Assembly (NCBI GenBank): GCA_013115125.1
Contig: JABANN010000332.1
Span: 1 to 38,276, forward strand
DNA length: 38,276 nt
Reading direction: 5' to 3'
DNA from: Perkinsus olseni
Taxonomy: Eukaryota
A model generated the notes under the pieces. It was given only the letters and a program-made list of their open reading frames with translations. It was not told where the DNA came from and did no database searches. Every line of letters begins with the position of its first letter. The first letter of the stretch is position 1. Both the position numbers and the translations under genes were made by a program. Below, one piece after another: positions 23,764 to 36,844 of the stretch.

Positions 23764-24430
23764 CTACTTGAGTGCCCGCAAGTCGGGCTTGGCAGGGTCC
23801 TCAGGTTGAACCCGGTAGAGCTCCCTCAGGGCAGAGGAAGAGGATGATGCTGCTCCGGTATCCTGGTGATGGGGATGGGAGACAGAGGCCTCCCGCGTTG
23901 AAGACTGACGAGGATCACGGTACACTCTCCCGAGCCCCGCGGCAAGCTTGCTTGACCACTGCGGAGCCGGTCCATTGCATCCTCCTAGAGACGTCCAGCA
24001 CCCAATCCTTACCTTGGCAGCGACCAACTGGTTCGTAGCGAAGACTGCCGCTGACGACGACGAGGACGAGGACAGATGCTTCCGATGTCTGCTACTGCTG
24101 CTGCTACTGATACGGACCATCGCCTCAGTTGTCCAGAGAGGACCAGCAACTACTCGGACGAGCGCCATTCCCGCCGCCCGGAGTGATATGACTAACTCAG
24201 CGCGGTTCAGTGAGAGGAACGCAGAAAACGGTGGTCAAGCTTAGATACGTCAAAGGTAAGAGAGTTAATGAAGCAGGGCTCAGAGCCAGCAGCGAGCTGC
24301 TGCTGCTGCTGCTGCTGCTGCAGTCGTTGGAAGTGCGGCGAGGAGAAAAGAAGTTGGGATAATGGGAATTGTTTATTGTGATGACGTGGCATAATACATG
24401 CACGCGTGCGCACGGCGCAGATTTGCACGC
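23764..24430 (-). CDS. Low-complexity hypothetical gene (CAG/AGC tracts)
   Basis: Exon-like ORFs with a gtaagg donor near 24010 and (CAG)n at ~24296-24322. Frame uncertain. Confidence 0.35.
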
Positions 24431-24563
24431 ATGCACAAGATACTCCTCTCCTCGGCCCCTAAGTACTGAGACCTCTTCGGCTCTAGCAATAGACAATCGA
24501 CGCTCGCTAGGCTAATTCGCAGCGTGGCATAATACAGAACGCTATCGGCTATTGACCAGTTTC

Positions 24564-26657
24564 TTAGGGTCTGAGGTAGAATAGAATAGACGTTCCCGAC
24601 TGAGGACCAGCGACGGTTCCCTTACTGGATGTCGCGGACGAAGTGCGCCGCTGCTGGCCGTCCATTTTAGAGGACGGTAGTGTACTCGGGAGGGACGTAT
24701 CAGGAGCCGTGAGCCAGAAGGTGAAGCCACAGGCGAAGAAGATGATGGAGAAGCCCAGACAGGCCCTTGGGAAGCCGATGATGCTGAGGGATGGTATGAA
24801 CCCAGGAGAAGCGACCCACCCACCTACTCAGTCAATACGCCTCCTAGTAGTGGGCCGAGAGCTTCCCCGAAGGACGCCCCTCCATTGAAGAGTGCTGATA
24901 TCATATCGCTGGCACCATGGCCCAGGCCAGGAGGCACCTGGTAGGGGAGACTGCAGGTAGCGGCAGTTGCTGTGTGCTGACCCCTTCAATCATGTAGGGC
25001 ATGCAAGGCACCCAACCCCAGCTGGAGCCGATACCGGCCAGCCCGAGGGCCACTAACTGCTGCACCCACGGATTGGAGGATACCTTTACCGCTGGTCCGA
25101 GGTCCGCCTGAGAACAGAAGGGCCCGATTTGACTGCGCGCCACTAAACTCGTGAGTATCTTACAAAGAACAGGCCCATGGCGAGCAGTCCCAAGGCGATG
25201 GTGGTACGTTTGGTGAGAAATGCGGTAGTTCTGAAACAGGAGCAGTGACAGGGGACTCCCCAATGGGGCTTACTGTGGTATGAAGGGAGTAACGATGGCC
25301 ATGGTGACTGTGGGGAAGGCGAAAAGCAGGCCCATCACGGACGGGGATACTGGGCCGAGGACGTCTAGGAAGTGGCTAGAGAGGACCTGATCGACAAGGT
25401 AAGAGGTGACCGGTATGCTGCTGTCAATGGCAATGCACCTACAGGGTCCATGAACCCGAAGGCTGAGCACACCAAGGCAGTCGATATTAGAGTAAGCACA
25501 ACATGACGCATACTGAGGACCTGAGGGGAGGGTGGGCGATGGTACGCCTCGGCCAATACAGCAGTTCCAAATGACATCAGTTTCAGGGAGAAACGACAAG
25601 GCCGATCGCGTTGGAACTGCAAGGGTCTATCAGGACCATCCACTAGAATGATCTCACAACCTCGGGGTCAGCTAATGGACAGGGTTCATTCAGGTAGGTC
25701 TTAAACCGAGCAGACTCAGACGAGGGTATCTTACTTCGCGCACGCCCACGATCTTCTTGCTGTCAGCATCAGCGTCCTGTTCCCTCCTATGCTGACCAGC
25801 GTCATCTTGAGAGAGCGGCACCCAGGTTATCATCATCGTGAACTGAGGCACCACTACCAACCAGAGATGATCGCCCGGGCTTACAATGACAGCCAGATGG
25901 ACTATCGCGAGAGTCACGAAGGGCATGCGGAAGCCTCCCCACTGGAAAAGGCCGGCGCCTGAATAACGGGACGCTCACCAGGGGCGTAGTCCCTGAACGA
26001 CAAGGCTACCAATTGTCGGTCCCAAAGCGAACCCAACGTTAGCTATCAACTCCTGGGCGGCAAAGACCTTCTCAATATCATCGGGGAACAACCTGCAATC
26101 AGCTGCGGAGAATCTTAGGTCGAAGCGCGTCAAACTCACCTGGCCATGATGGCAGATATCGCTGAGTAGCTGCAGGCCGCCCCGGCCCCTTGGATGGCGC
26201 GGAAGGCGAAGAAAGCACTGCAGGGTGGAATCATGACGAGCTCACCGAAAGGCAACTTACGGCAGAGTGTGCGAGAAGCCAAAACCGCTGGTCCCGACAG
26301 CAACACAGATGCCGCCCGCAAGGAGGACGGCGAAGTGGCCCACAGTCTGGAGGAGATAACCGGTAAGGGGGGCGAGGAGACAGGATGTCAGAGGCAGGCC
26401 GGCGAATACCACACCAACCCAAGCGTTGGTTAGACCTGAGGAAGGGGGGTCGTCATCAAGCAAGCACTATGGCGTCCCTCACCGAGCTGCTCCTTGGCGT
26501 ATACTGGGAAGAAGGGTGCCATCTGGTAGAGTAGGGTTATCGTGACGAAGTACGCTGTTTGGCAGAGGACCAGCATCCTCCGCCTCTTTGCACGCTGGCC
26601 CGGCGTTAGGGCAACGGTGGACGGCTCAGCAGGCAGCAAGGGCTCAGAAGTGGCCAT
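24564..26657 (-). CDS. MFS transporter (SLC18B1-like), tandem copy A
   Basis: Exons read LLYQMAPFFPVYAKEQL, WVGVVFAG, FRAIQGAGAA, FAAQELIANVGFALGPTIG, LGLAGIGSSWGWVPCMP, ISALFNGGASFGEALGPLLGG: a multi-TM MFS pattern. 3' end approximate. Confidence 0.88.
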
Positions 26658-26921
26658 GGCCGCGGCGAAGGGCAAGAGCTGCCAGTGAAGGAATTCCCTT
26701 GGAGGGAATATTACTTACACAATATGAATCAAGTGGTGAAAGAGTATGCTGATAAATTGGAGAGGGGACAGCGCAATTGTGACAGAGAGTATCGTTAACG
26801 GCATCACCAGCACAGGACAGGTTCCTTCCCTACTGCACTTGAATGCTTCGCTGAGCATAAACTCCGGTGAGCATGCTTCGAGCTAAGATACCTCAATTCT
26901 CTCGCAAATACACAGAGAAAA

Positions 26922-29484
26922 CTACTCACTTCGTTCTCTCAATGCTGGCCGCGGCTCCACAGGAGAGGGAAGGAGGGATGCTGTCGAGTATCGTCGAGAT
27001 ATCCTAGCCGCTGAGATACCAGGATTGGCGTCGTAGTCAGTGTAGGGCAGCAGACGGTCTTGAGCTGACGTGTCGGGTGCCAGTATCCAAAACAAGGCGC
27101 CGTAGAGTAGGAAGAGCACAGCATAGGAGAGGCAGGCCGGGGAGAAGCCGATGACTCTGAAGGAAACAGAGGTAACGACGATGTCATAGAAAACCTTTTA
27201 TCTACTAAGACAAGCGCTGTGAGGATTTGACGCGCGGGCCGCTAGGTTGGACAGCGGAGGGAGGTATAGTAGTGCAGTAACCAGTAGGAAGGGGGCACAG
27301 GTGGTTTTTCGCAAGATCACGATCGCGGCCACGGAGGAGATACACTTACCCGGTTAGCGATCCGCCCAGTATAGGCCCTAGTGCTTCACCCAAGGAAGCT
27401 CCGCCGTTGAAGAGGGCAGACACCATGTCGATGGCTCCATGGCCCATCTCAGGAGGTATCTGTAATACCACAACTGCAGCAACTCTGCCGGGTGAGTGAT
27501 AGTGCTGACCCCTTCAATCATGTAGGGCATGCAAGGCACCCAACCCCAGCTAGAACCGATACCGGCCAGCCCGAGGGCCACTAACTGCTGCACCCACGGG
27601 TTGGAGGATACCTTTATAGTTGGTCCAAGGGTCAACTAAAGATACCATCATGGTTGTGGAGCGAGTGAGTGGGGGTTTACGAAGGAGGCTCCCATGACCA
27701 GCAGACCGAGGGCTAGGGTAACGTGTTTTGTTAGGAGGGCTGTTGTTCTGAAGAACCAGTGAGAGTAAGGCGCCATCTCGAGTGGGTGTTAGGAGAGAGT
27801 ATCAAGATCGAAGCATGCGAATCATAGAACTCGTAAGTTACGAGTCGTAACGACCAAAAGATTCCGTAATATTGGAGCAGTTGCTTCGAAGAGCCATCAA
27901 GAGTAAGGGGCCGTTCCCAATAAGTCTCCGGCGAACCACGCGAATCGCCCATACCCCCTCTCCTGCTTACTTCGGAATGAGCAGCGTTGCCACGGCCATA
28001 GTGACTGATGGGAAGGCAAACATGAGCCCCATTGTGGCCGGTGAAACATCTCCCAAGACATTCAGGAAATGTTCTGACAGTACCTGGAAAAAAAAGCGGA
28101 GCGATGCTGGTCCAAGATGATGGTCGAGAGGCAGCTTACTGGGTCCATGAAGCCGAAGGCTGAGCTGACGAAGGCACTGCAGAGGACGGTGAGGAGTATG
28201 TGCCGCATCCTCAGGACCTGAGCACGTTGGACTAAGCATGGACGATGCTACCGAATATAACGACACAATAACGATAAAACGAATGATGACTGGAAGGGGA
28301 GTATTCAACCGAAGGCTCTTCCGAGGGTGGTTGGAGAGGGGTCATCCAGGAGGGCTGATCTAGTGATGAAGCAACAGCAGCAGAATTGGGGTAACTCTCG
28401 GCATGCAGCTAGCTGTAATCATATCTTAGGTCGAAGGGAGTTGTACACAAGACAAGAAGATATTCATTTAAAATCCAATATATGAATACCGGTTGATAGT
28501 GTAGTAGTAGCATAAACTTACCTCCCTCACCCCCACAACCTTCCTCCCGCTCATCTGCTCGCTCCCACCATCACCATCACTGACAGGCACCCTAGGAGCC
28601 GGTGGTATAGGGACCCAAGTAGCCATCATGAGGATCTACTACAGTTGGTACAGGGGACCTCAGCAGGGGGGAGGCGACTCACCATCACGCCAAAGTGCAC
28701 AATAGTAAGGACGATGAAGGAAGTATGGAAACCACCAATCTGGAAGAGGCCAGCACCTGACTGGACGTGGTTCAACTCCGATAGGATGGGTTGAGGCGTC
28801 ACCTATGGTGGGCCCGAGTGCGAAGCCAACATTCCCTATGAGCTCCTGTACGGCGAATATCTTCTCGATGTCACTGGGAAACAACCTACATGTAACTTGC
28901 CAGCTTCGACCTAAGATACTCCACACTAGCCTGCCTGGCCATTATCGCTGACGTTGCAGAGTACGTGCAGGCAGCCCCTACTCCCTGAGCCGCTCGGAAG
29001 GCCAGGAAACCCCTGACAAGCACCCATCCAGCCACCATCACTGCGGCATACCACACTCACCCCAACGCCTTCGAAAAGCCAAAACCTAGCGTCCCGATCG
29101 CCACGAAAACGCCTCCAGCCAGGAGTACTGTGAAGTACCCCAACAGTTGCAGTAGATAGCCGGTGACCGGTGCCATGATACACGAGGCGCACGGTAGGAA
29201 GGCAAATACCACTCCAATGGTGGCGTCAGTAAGACCTGAGGAAGGGGGTTCATCGTCAAGCAAGCACTATGGCGTCCCTCACCGAGCTGCTCCTTGGCGT
29301 ATACTGGGAAGAAGGGTGCCATCTGGTAGAGTAGGGTTATCGTGACGAAGTACGCTGTTTGGCAGAGGACCAGCATCCACCGCCTCTTTGCACGCTGACC
29401 CGGGGTCAGGCGCATCGGGGCGGTCGAGGTGGTACTGGCAAGGAGAGGCTGTCGGGCATCATACGTTGGGCTACTGTCGTTCAT
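26922..29484 (-). CDS. MFS transporter (SLC18B1-like), tandem copy B
   Basis: Same exon order as copy A: LLYQMAPFFPVYAKEQL, IGVVFAFLP, FAVQELIGNVGFALGPTIG, MGLMFAFPSVTMAVATLLIP, GIGSSWGWVPCMP. Confidence 0.88.
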
Positions 29485-29988
29485 GACGAACAAGAAACAA
29501 CTTCGATTCGAGAATCTCATATTCCGTAATGTACCATGGTCAACCTCAATAAGCCAGCCACAAGGCGCTTGTTGTTGTTGCCGACTGTACAGTGGTGTTT
29601 GGACGGTTTGACCGGTGGCGAATGGGGTTTGACAGAGAGAAGAAAGCCAGACCATCGAACTCTCAGCAGGGCAGCAGCATGCCTAGGATTTGCGGAAAAT
29701 GTGGTATGAGTTCAAAGGGACCTGTAAGCATGCTGCTGTTGGTCACCAACGGCTAGACGATCAGGTATGCCAACAGGGACAAAGCTACTTTCGTTGTCAT
29801 AACCAATCTATCTACCGGCGTTGGAAATATCGGTTGTGGTCGTGGCGGTAGCATAAATCGACGGCGGCTGATCGAATCGATCGGACCTAGCCATCCCCCA
29901 CATTTTGAACTCAACAGGACTAGCAGATTGAAACACATACCCTACAATGATACAAATACGTCCACGATCACTCTCCAAACCACCACCA

Positions 29989-32624
29989 TCACCCCTGCTC
30001 GAGAGCTGCGTGCTCACAGCAAGACACGACCGTGTACAGCAGCGGTTGGACCTCCTTCTTCCGTCGCCTCGGTGCGCCCTGAGAGCCCCTCAGAAGCCTA
30101 TCGACTCGTCGAGGGGCGCAGACCGCGTGATACCGTCGTCTACAGGACCTCACACAACACCTCACCTGAGCGTGGCCGCGGACGATAGGCTGACCACAGC
30201 CACTACATTGATGCTGATGCCTCCTCGGTACTCCCTGCCGTGCAGCCGAGGCGAGCAGGACTCGAAGGAAGCCTTCAGAGTCCTTCACCATCGACACGCC
30301 GTCGAACGACAGACCGCAGAGCAGGTGGCACCAGTCCGCGTAGCCAAAATCGCCCATGGGCAGAAGCACACTTCGCCTAGCCACGTCACAGGGGCAGAGG
30401 GAACACCTCGGACGGGAACCCCCCTGGGCGTGGGAGCAGGCGAGGCAGAGCCCCTCCGTTGTGTTGGTGCTGTCCCAACCGATGAGGCTTCGGCAGGCGT
30501 CGTGAAGACTGATACCACACCTTTCGCAAATGAAAAAGGATCCTTCGCAATCAACACCACATACTCCACACATGCGATAGGAATCACTGAGTGACATCTT
30601 GAAATCTTGCCCAATCTTGCCCATTTCCTCAACGCTCCCTTCCGACTCAGCGTCATCAACCAGACTCTGCAACACATTATCGTCGATCGGCTCATCCCCC
30701 ATCACCCCACAGCCCCGCAAGAAGTATCTTAAGGTCGCCTCCTGACCCGGAGGGAGCTCGGGAAGCACCTCCCTAATGGTGTCCTCACCCACCAACGCCG
30801 ACGCGCCGTGTACCAGTATAAAATCACAATATTTCCCTTCAGACTCGATACTCAGATTGGCCGGGCTTGGGCGTTCCTTCTCCTCCTCCTCTTCCCCATC
30901 ATCCACTACCCCTGGCCATCCTACCAGGTTCTGTGCTGATGCCGCTGCTGCTGCCTTCGCCGCCGCCACTCTGAGTTGATCCGGAGGAGCATCGTCCGGC
31001 GGGTAGCCTCCATGCAACGCTCGCTCAAGGTCCTCTAGCAGCAGCAGACGGTCATAAGGCTCCTCAAGAGTCCTTCTTCGTACCGTTTCTTTTACTACCA
31101 CTCCTTCCGATATTCTCCCGACCTCCACCATTTCGTCCTCCGCCACCACCGCCCTCCCCCCGTACATCAGAACACGCTCAGGAGGCGGCTTAGCAATCAC
31201 CGTCGATATCGCCTCCCTCGCAGATGCCTCCGACCCCCCTCCAGAGCCCGGTAGAAAACACTTCACAAACAAGGCCATGGCACAGGCCGCCAGGGACGCC
31301 AGATGGACCCTCTCCCAAAGCTGACCCTGTCGAGTACTCAGCTGCCCACATTTTCTCTCCAGCAGGAACCATACCCTCTCCTCGATCGCCCTCGGCAGCG
31401 TACTGCCCTCTTCAGTATCAGAATCAGAATCTTCACTCCCCGAGCCCCCTTCACTCGGTTTCTCTAGCATGCACAAGCACATGAGCTCGAAAGCCACGAT
31501 TTCCACGCTATCAACCGTCACCCTCTTTCGAATCATCTTCCGTGCCCACTCCGGTACTTTCGCCACTACCTTTCCGTCCTCAGTAGCCTCAGCAAGCTGA
31601 TAATACAGATGCGCCACTTGGCCTGCGGGCGACTGAGGGTCAACCTCGAGCGAACTGCTATTGCTCCCTCCTTTAAATTTCTTGTAAATGCCCTTCAGCT
31701 TCTCGACATCAGAGGCCCTGGTTTCCTTGGTAGCTTCATCATCACAGTACTTGTCGAATAGCTGCAGTCGCTGTATCGCCCATGGAAGGGCGTCATCAGC
31801 TTGGTGCGAGGACACGGCCTTCTGAGGCCTGGCGTGCATCAAAGAATTAACCACGTATCTGGTGAAAAATGCATACCGCGCGAGTTTTTCACTGATACAC
31901 CTGTCAATCAAAGCTACTGCGCCTAGAATCACGGTTAGGCTATGGTGTTCTCATCATAGAGTATGTACTGATATTAATGTAACATCACCCACCCACTGCC
32001 ACACTAAAGAGGAGTACTGACTGAATGACACACCCATGCCGCGGTCAAGAAGCCGAGTAGGTCACAGCGAGCACAACTGATGAGAGCTCCTCCAGAATCC
32101 ATCCACCAAAGTGAGTAATTTCTCCCACCCGGTGGAAGTGGCGGCCTACGGATGCCCAGGGCCCTTTCAAGCCTCCTTCCCTCCCGAGTCAGAGCGCCCG
32201 GGGGTGAACCCTACTCAAACTTGGGGGAATTTTTCTACTCTCAAGTCCAAGCGCCCCCAGTACTACTTCCTCGACTCCAGTCCTGCCCGTCTTCCAAGCT
32301 GTAATGCAGCAAGTGTCCTATCGCTCGCATTAAGAGTAGACACCGGTGGTCCCAACGCCAACACCGTCATCATCGACGCCGAGCTACGCGGTGTACTGTG
32401 AGGAGTGCCCGCCGGAGACCCACCGTCCGTCCTCCCACGAGAGCCCGGTGAAGTCGCCGCAGAGCCCCCCTGACCCTCATTCAGTAGCTCAGCCACGACC
32501 GAGTCGTGAACCCAGCGTACCGTGGTGAGATACCTGATCGCAAAAAGTATCCAAGGTCGAAGCTGGGCAAATCCAAGTACCTCGCCGGTGAGTAGGGCCT
32601 CTCTCTACTGATGGCTCGTGTCAT
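29989..32624 (-). CDS. PHD finger plus extended PHD (HC5HC2H) chromatin protein, PZP-like
   Basis: 647-codon open exon with CGVC..CERCGISLHDAC..CLAC, then CSLC..WCHLLC..CSGC..VRCCVRSCRRRYHAVCA..CCEH. Small 5' exons start at ATG 32624 (MTRAISRERPYSPA|RYLTTVRW). A further 3' exon near 29750-29940 is possible. Confidence 0.85.
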
Positions 32625-32724
32625 GGCAGAAAGCTGACACCTGCAAGCTCAGAAAAGATCCTCCCAAAACTTGTGATCAACGCAAAAACGGCAGCCGCTG
32701 AAAAACATGCAGGAATAATTATTA

Positions 32725-35700
32725 TTAAAATTCCATTTCGACATCCCTCCGGTCGCCAAGTATGTCGCCTTCAACACCATCCACGAACTTCTTGAAGTAC
32801 GCCAAGTACCTGCTGGACCAATACACTCCCCCCAACAAGATTCCAGTCCCGACGCCGAGGTCGCTTCTAACCTCGACAAAAATAATAAATTCTGCTTTCG
32901 AACTTACCGTATCACTTCTAACGAGATAATTCAACCCTGCTACCACACCGACCACAGCCGATCATTCATAATTATCGAGCGCGCGAGATTTCCACTCTAC
33001 AGTAACTCCACCCAAGCCTCGCAGAAGCTCCTTCCTCCTCTCCCTAGTCCCAGCACCCACTTCGATAGTCTCGTCGTCTGCTTCTCAGAGTCGCCGGCGC
33101 TGTCTCCCTTCCGGGCCGCCAGCTCCTCGATTAGCTCAGCCACAGCGGGCACACTCAAAGGGTTGAAAGACTCCGGCTTCTCAACGTCAATGATCGGTAC
33201 GCACACTCTACCGGTTTTGGGATGGATACAGAAAGGTGCTTTCAGCAAGTGATTCATCTGCTTCGAAACGTTTATGTCCAACCTAGGATACGCCATCTCG
33301 AGTGCAACCTCATCCAAGACAATCGGGTTAGCGCATCTTGAGGTTACCCATCGCCATACCTGAGGGAAAAGATACTCCCGCACAGGTAAGAAAAAAATTA
33401 GATAAACATTGAGCTTGGAATACAGCACTTCAGAAAAAGATCACTATCCCGACTTCGTCAGAAGCTCGCATGAATCTTGCCAGGGTCAACCTCGGATACC
33501 AGGCTAACGGTTAGCCACTAACCCAAGCTACTCCTCTAAGACGACAGGGCGAAAAAATTTCAATTGAGCTGACAATACGACACTCATCAAAGAGTAACTA
33601 CAAAGTCGAGCTGGGAAGCTCGACAATCCCAGACTACAAGACTACAATCCGAGACTCCATGTATTCCCAGCTCCAACAGAGCCTTTCTCGAATCTTGCCA
33701 AGGTCAACCTCGGATACCATGCCCACCAAAAAACCAACCCAAACTACCTCCTTGCTGCTCCTCTTAGAAGACAGGAAGCTCTTCGCCTCCGCCCGTCCCA
33801 CCGGATCACTTGCGGGAATCGCCGCGTTAACAATTTTCTGCGTCAAATTCTTGGCGTCCGATTCGCCCGCCGGGGCCTCCAACAACTTCTGGCCTTCCAG
33901 GAGACCACACTGAGGGCTCGCCAAGTCCCCGGAGATGAATCTTTGGCCACCGTCTACCTCGGGAATTTCCAGATATTTTCGGCAGATCTCGATACCCCTT
34001 CTAACGTGGGGATGCCGCTGTTGAGTCGACGAGCGGATGTACTTGCACCTATCTAATACATGGCACTCACGACAAATAAAGGCGGCGTGGGCTACAAACC
34101 GGTTATAGCTGTGACGGTAGCATAAAATTAAATGATTGCCAAGAAGGGTGATGCAGGAGTTCCTCCCACTCTCGAGGAATCCGTTATCGCAAATCTCCCC
34201 CCTCCCAAACACGCTAGTGACCAGAAGAAGCAAATGTAGCGCTACTTAGGACTACCGGTAAATAATCGACAACGATGACGGCGCGCCCCTCTCGGACACT
34301 GATGGTAATTGTACGTACTAATTAACCGACTATCACACGGCCGTCAAGGAGTATTTTCAGCGTGCGTTACTCGTATCATTCCATTGCATCCAAAGCTCGC
34401 CATTCGGATACTTAATACCGTCACGGTGCGTGCTGGACAAACCAACTAATAGGTTGGGGTTTGGTACCATCAACTATTGCTCCCTAACCAACGGCTTCAG
34501 CCTACTACGAGGGTCTCGATCTAACACCGTTAATACCTGCCACCATTCAGTAGCTGAAGATACTCCGCCACAGCCGACCTCTGCTCGTTGCTCAGCTTCC
34601 TCGCTACCTGGCAAGAACGCCGGAGAGAAGTCCCATCACACGATCAGCCCTCCGCCCAGGCGCCCACCTCATCACACACCCAGCAATGGACTCCTCTACG
34701 GCCGCTGAATACAAAGAGGATGTGCTTGAATCCAAAGTCGTCTCGCAGCGCCTTGTTCAGGATCCTCACCGCGCAGGCAATGAACGTCCAACACAATTTA
34801 CACACCTACGACACACTGGGACCATTAAGAGCAATAAATATTTCGTGGGGAATAAAATACGTCGTCTTAAACATAAATTAATGAAAAATTTTGCAACCGG
34901 CTCGTTCTCATCCGGACAGATGAGGAGGCCAGGGCGTGCCAATGGCGTCAGGCTACGTGGGAGACTAAATTCCCCCTTCCACTCAGCACCAGGAGACAGG
35001 ATATCTTCGCGCAGGCCACACAAAAACAAGCTAAGCATCTTACATTGGAGCCTGTGCAACAGTTCCGCACTTCATCATAGTCGTCCATATCAATATCAAA
35101 CACCAACTCCCTCTGTTGTGGTTGGAAGCCGCCACCTGAAGGGCCCTCCCATCCACTACAACGATGTCCTCGAGCGCTACAACCTACCACTCCCACCAGT
35201 GAGACCGAACTGCTGATAATTAGTGGGTGGAATATTGAATACCGCACCAATGTCAATCTGACAAACATTCCGGAGTAACGCACCGTGGACCAGTACAGTC
35301 TCCAAGCACTTCAGTAAGACTGTTTACTCCGTCCTTTTCACGCGGGAGAGGCGTCGATGCCGCACGCAGTTGCCTACCTTATCAGGGACCCTGTCCAATA
35401 AAGCCTTCCTGAAGTCGTGTTGGCCATGGAAAGACAGATAACGACAATAGATGTCACCAGGCAACGTGAAGGAGAACTCTCGGCGGAATAGGAAAGAGCC
35501 CTGAAAGTGGTGGCGAGGTGATCAGAGTAGAACTAATGGGAGGCGACAAAACTGCCGAAGCGGAAAATTGACGTGTATCAACCTTCATAAGCAAAGAGCT
35601 CCCCTCACAGTCGCTGATAATAGGGCGAAGACATCCATACAACGAACGAGCCTTCATAAACTAAAGTGGCACCAACTCATTGACTTTCTCTGATATCGTG

Positions 35701-36675
35701 TATTCGATACAACTGATGGTCAGATAAGATTGGGCCTTGATTCCATATCCAATTCACTGTCCTACACAGTTCCAATTGAAACTATTCTCTACCGCTGGTT
35801 CTCGACTACCACCGCCATCGCCTTTTGACTATTTCCCATCCTAGGACCCCAACAGAGCTGCCATGCCCACATAAGAATGTTATATCACAACTCATTATCA
35901 ACTTAGTTGATTCATTCTGATTTCTACGATAAGAATAGTCTACTGCTACTCCCAAGACTTGGATGTGCTCCAAGTTTGCGTTCGCATGGTAGAAGTTGAC
36001 GGGCCCAGTCCTCTCTCGCAAGTGGCTTTCCTAGCCAGTGTCATAGAGTTATCACATCCGAGGTATTAGAAGATGCTAGTTTCAGTTTCTCAAACACTAA
36101 CTAGTCCTCGTCACTCTTCAATGGACGTTGAGTTCTCTAGACTAGTACATCGCCTTTTGAAAAGCAGCATCAAATTCTCTGTAGCATACAAGGCATTCGC
36201 CATGTAAAAGTCCAATAATTCGTATAAAAACTCTCAGAGATGATACAGGACGAAGTCACTGCCACCTCTATCGGTTGCTGGTAACACTATCTGAATTTAC
36301 CGGGCAGATTACGAAGCCACAGGAGTGGAGTTGTTGACATTAATGACGGTACATGAACAGCCCCCCTCCCTCGGTACTACCCCCTTGTCAGCCGCCTTGC
36401 CGACGGGATCATCCTCCCGATACGATAACCATCTACAGAAGTCTCGAGATGGGAATAGCCTCTCATAGTAGATCCGGAGTGCCTCTGGGGTGACTTCCGA
36501 GGGCTGAAAATAACAGAATAATTACAAGGTGATGAGCTGTCGGAAGATGCTACCTTGGCAGCGTTGGCTGTTCCGGGGTTATTCTCGACGAGGACCTGAC
36601 AATCACAATGATACGCTATTCTGATAGTAATGACGACGGCGATGGTTGGGGGGGTGGAGGTAGTACCTCGGCCAT
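32725..36675 (-). CDS. PRIM1: DNA primase small (catalytic) subunit
   Basis: Exons read [124 protein letters not shown], and a last exon [12 protein letters not shown]. Confidence 0.95.
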
Positions 36676-36789
36676 GGGCTGATGAAAATCTAAGAGCAGT
36701 AGAAGGTGAAGCACTCATTGATCGGCACTCCAACACTATCTACCCTCTCAAGCGTGAACGTGAAACAAAATCGAATTGATGTCATCTGA

Positions 36790-36844
36790 TGAGTATTCAA
36801 TACTCAATGAGTATTGAATACAGTATTCAATACTCATTGAGTAT
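36790..36844. repeat. Nested/chained perfect palindromes (22-bp and 14-bp arms, 1-nt centres)
   Basis: atactcaatgagtattgaatac-a-gtattcaatactcattgagtat (36800-36844) overlapping gtattcaatactca-a-tgagtattgaatac (36793-36821). Confidence 0.95.

Noticed and set aside
29947-30594. 215-aa plus-strand ORF, and similar ORFs opposite called genes (e.g. 13457-13921, 34686-35216)
   Set aside because: Antisense shadows of well-supported genes.
33472-33719. 30-nt near-duplicate (33472-33501 versus 33690-33719) in a primase intron
   Set aside because: The similarity decays into noisy sequence, so an assembly join artefact is as likely as a real duplication.
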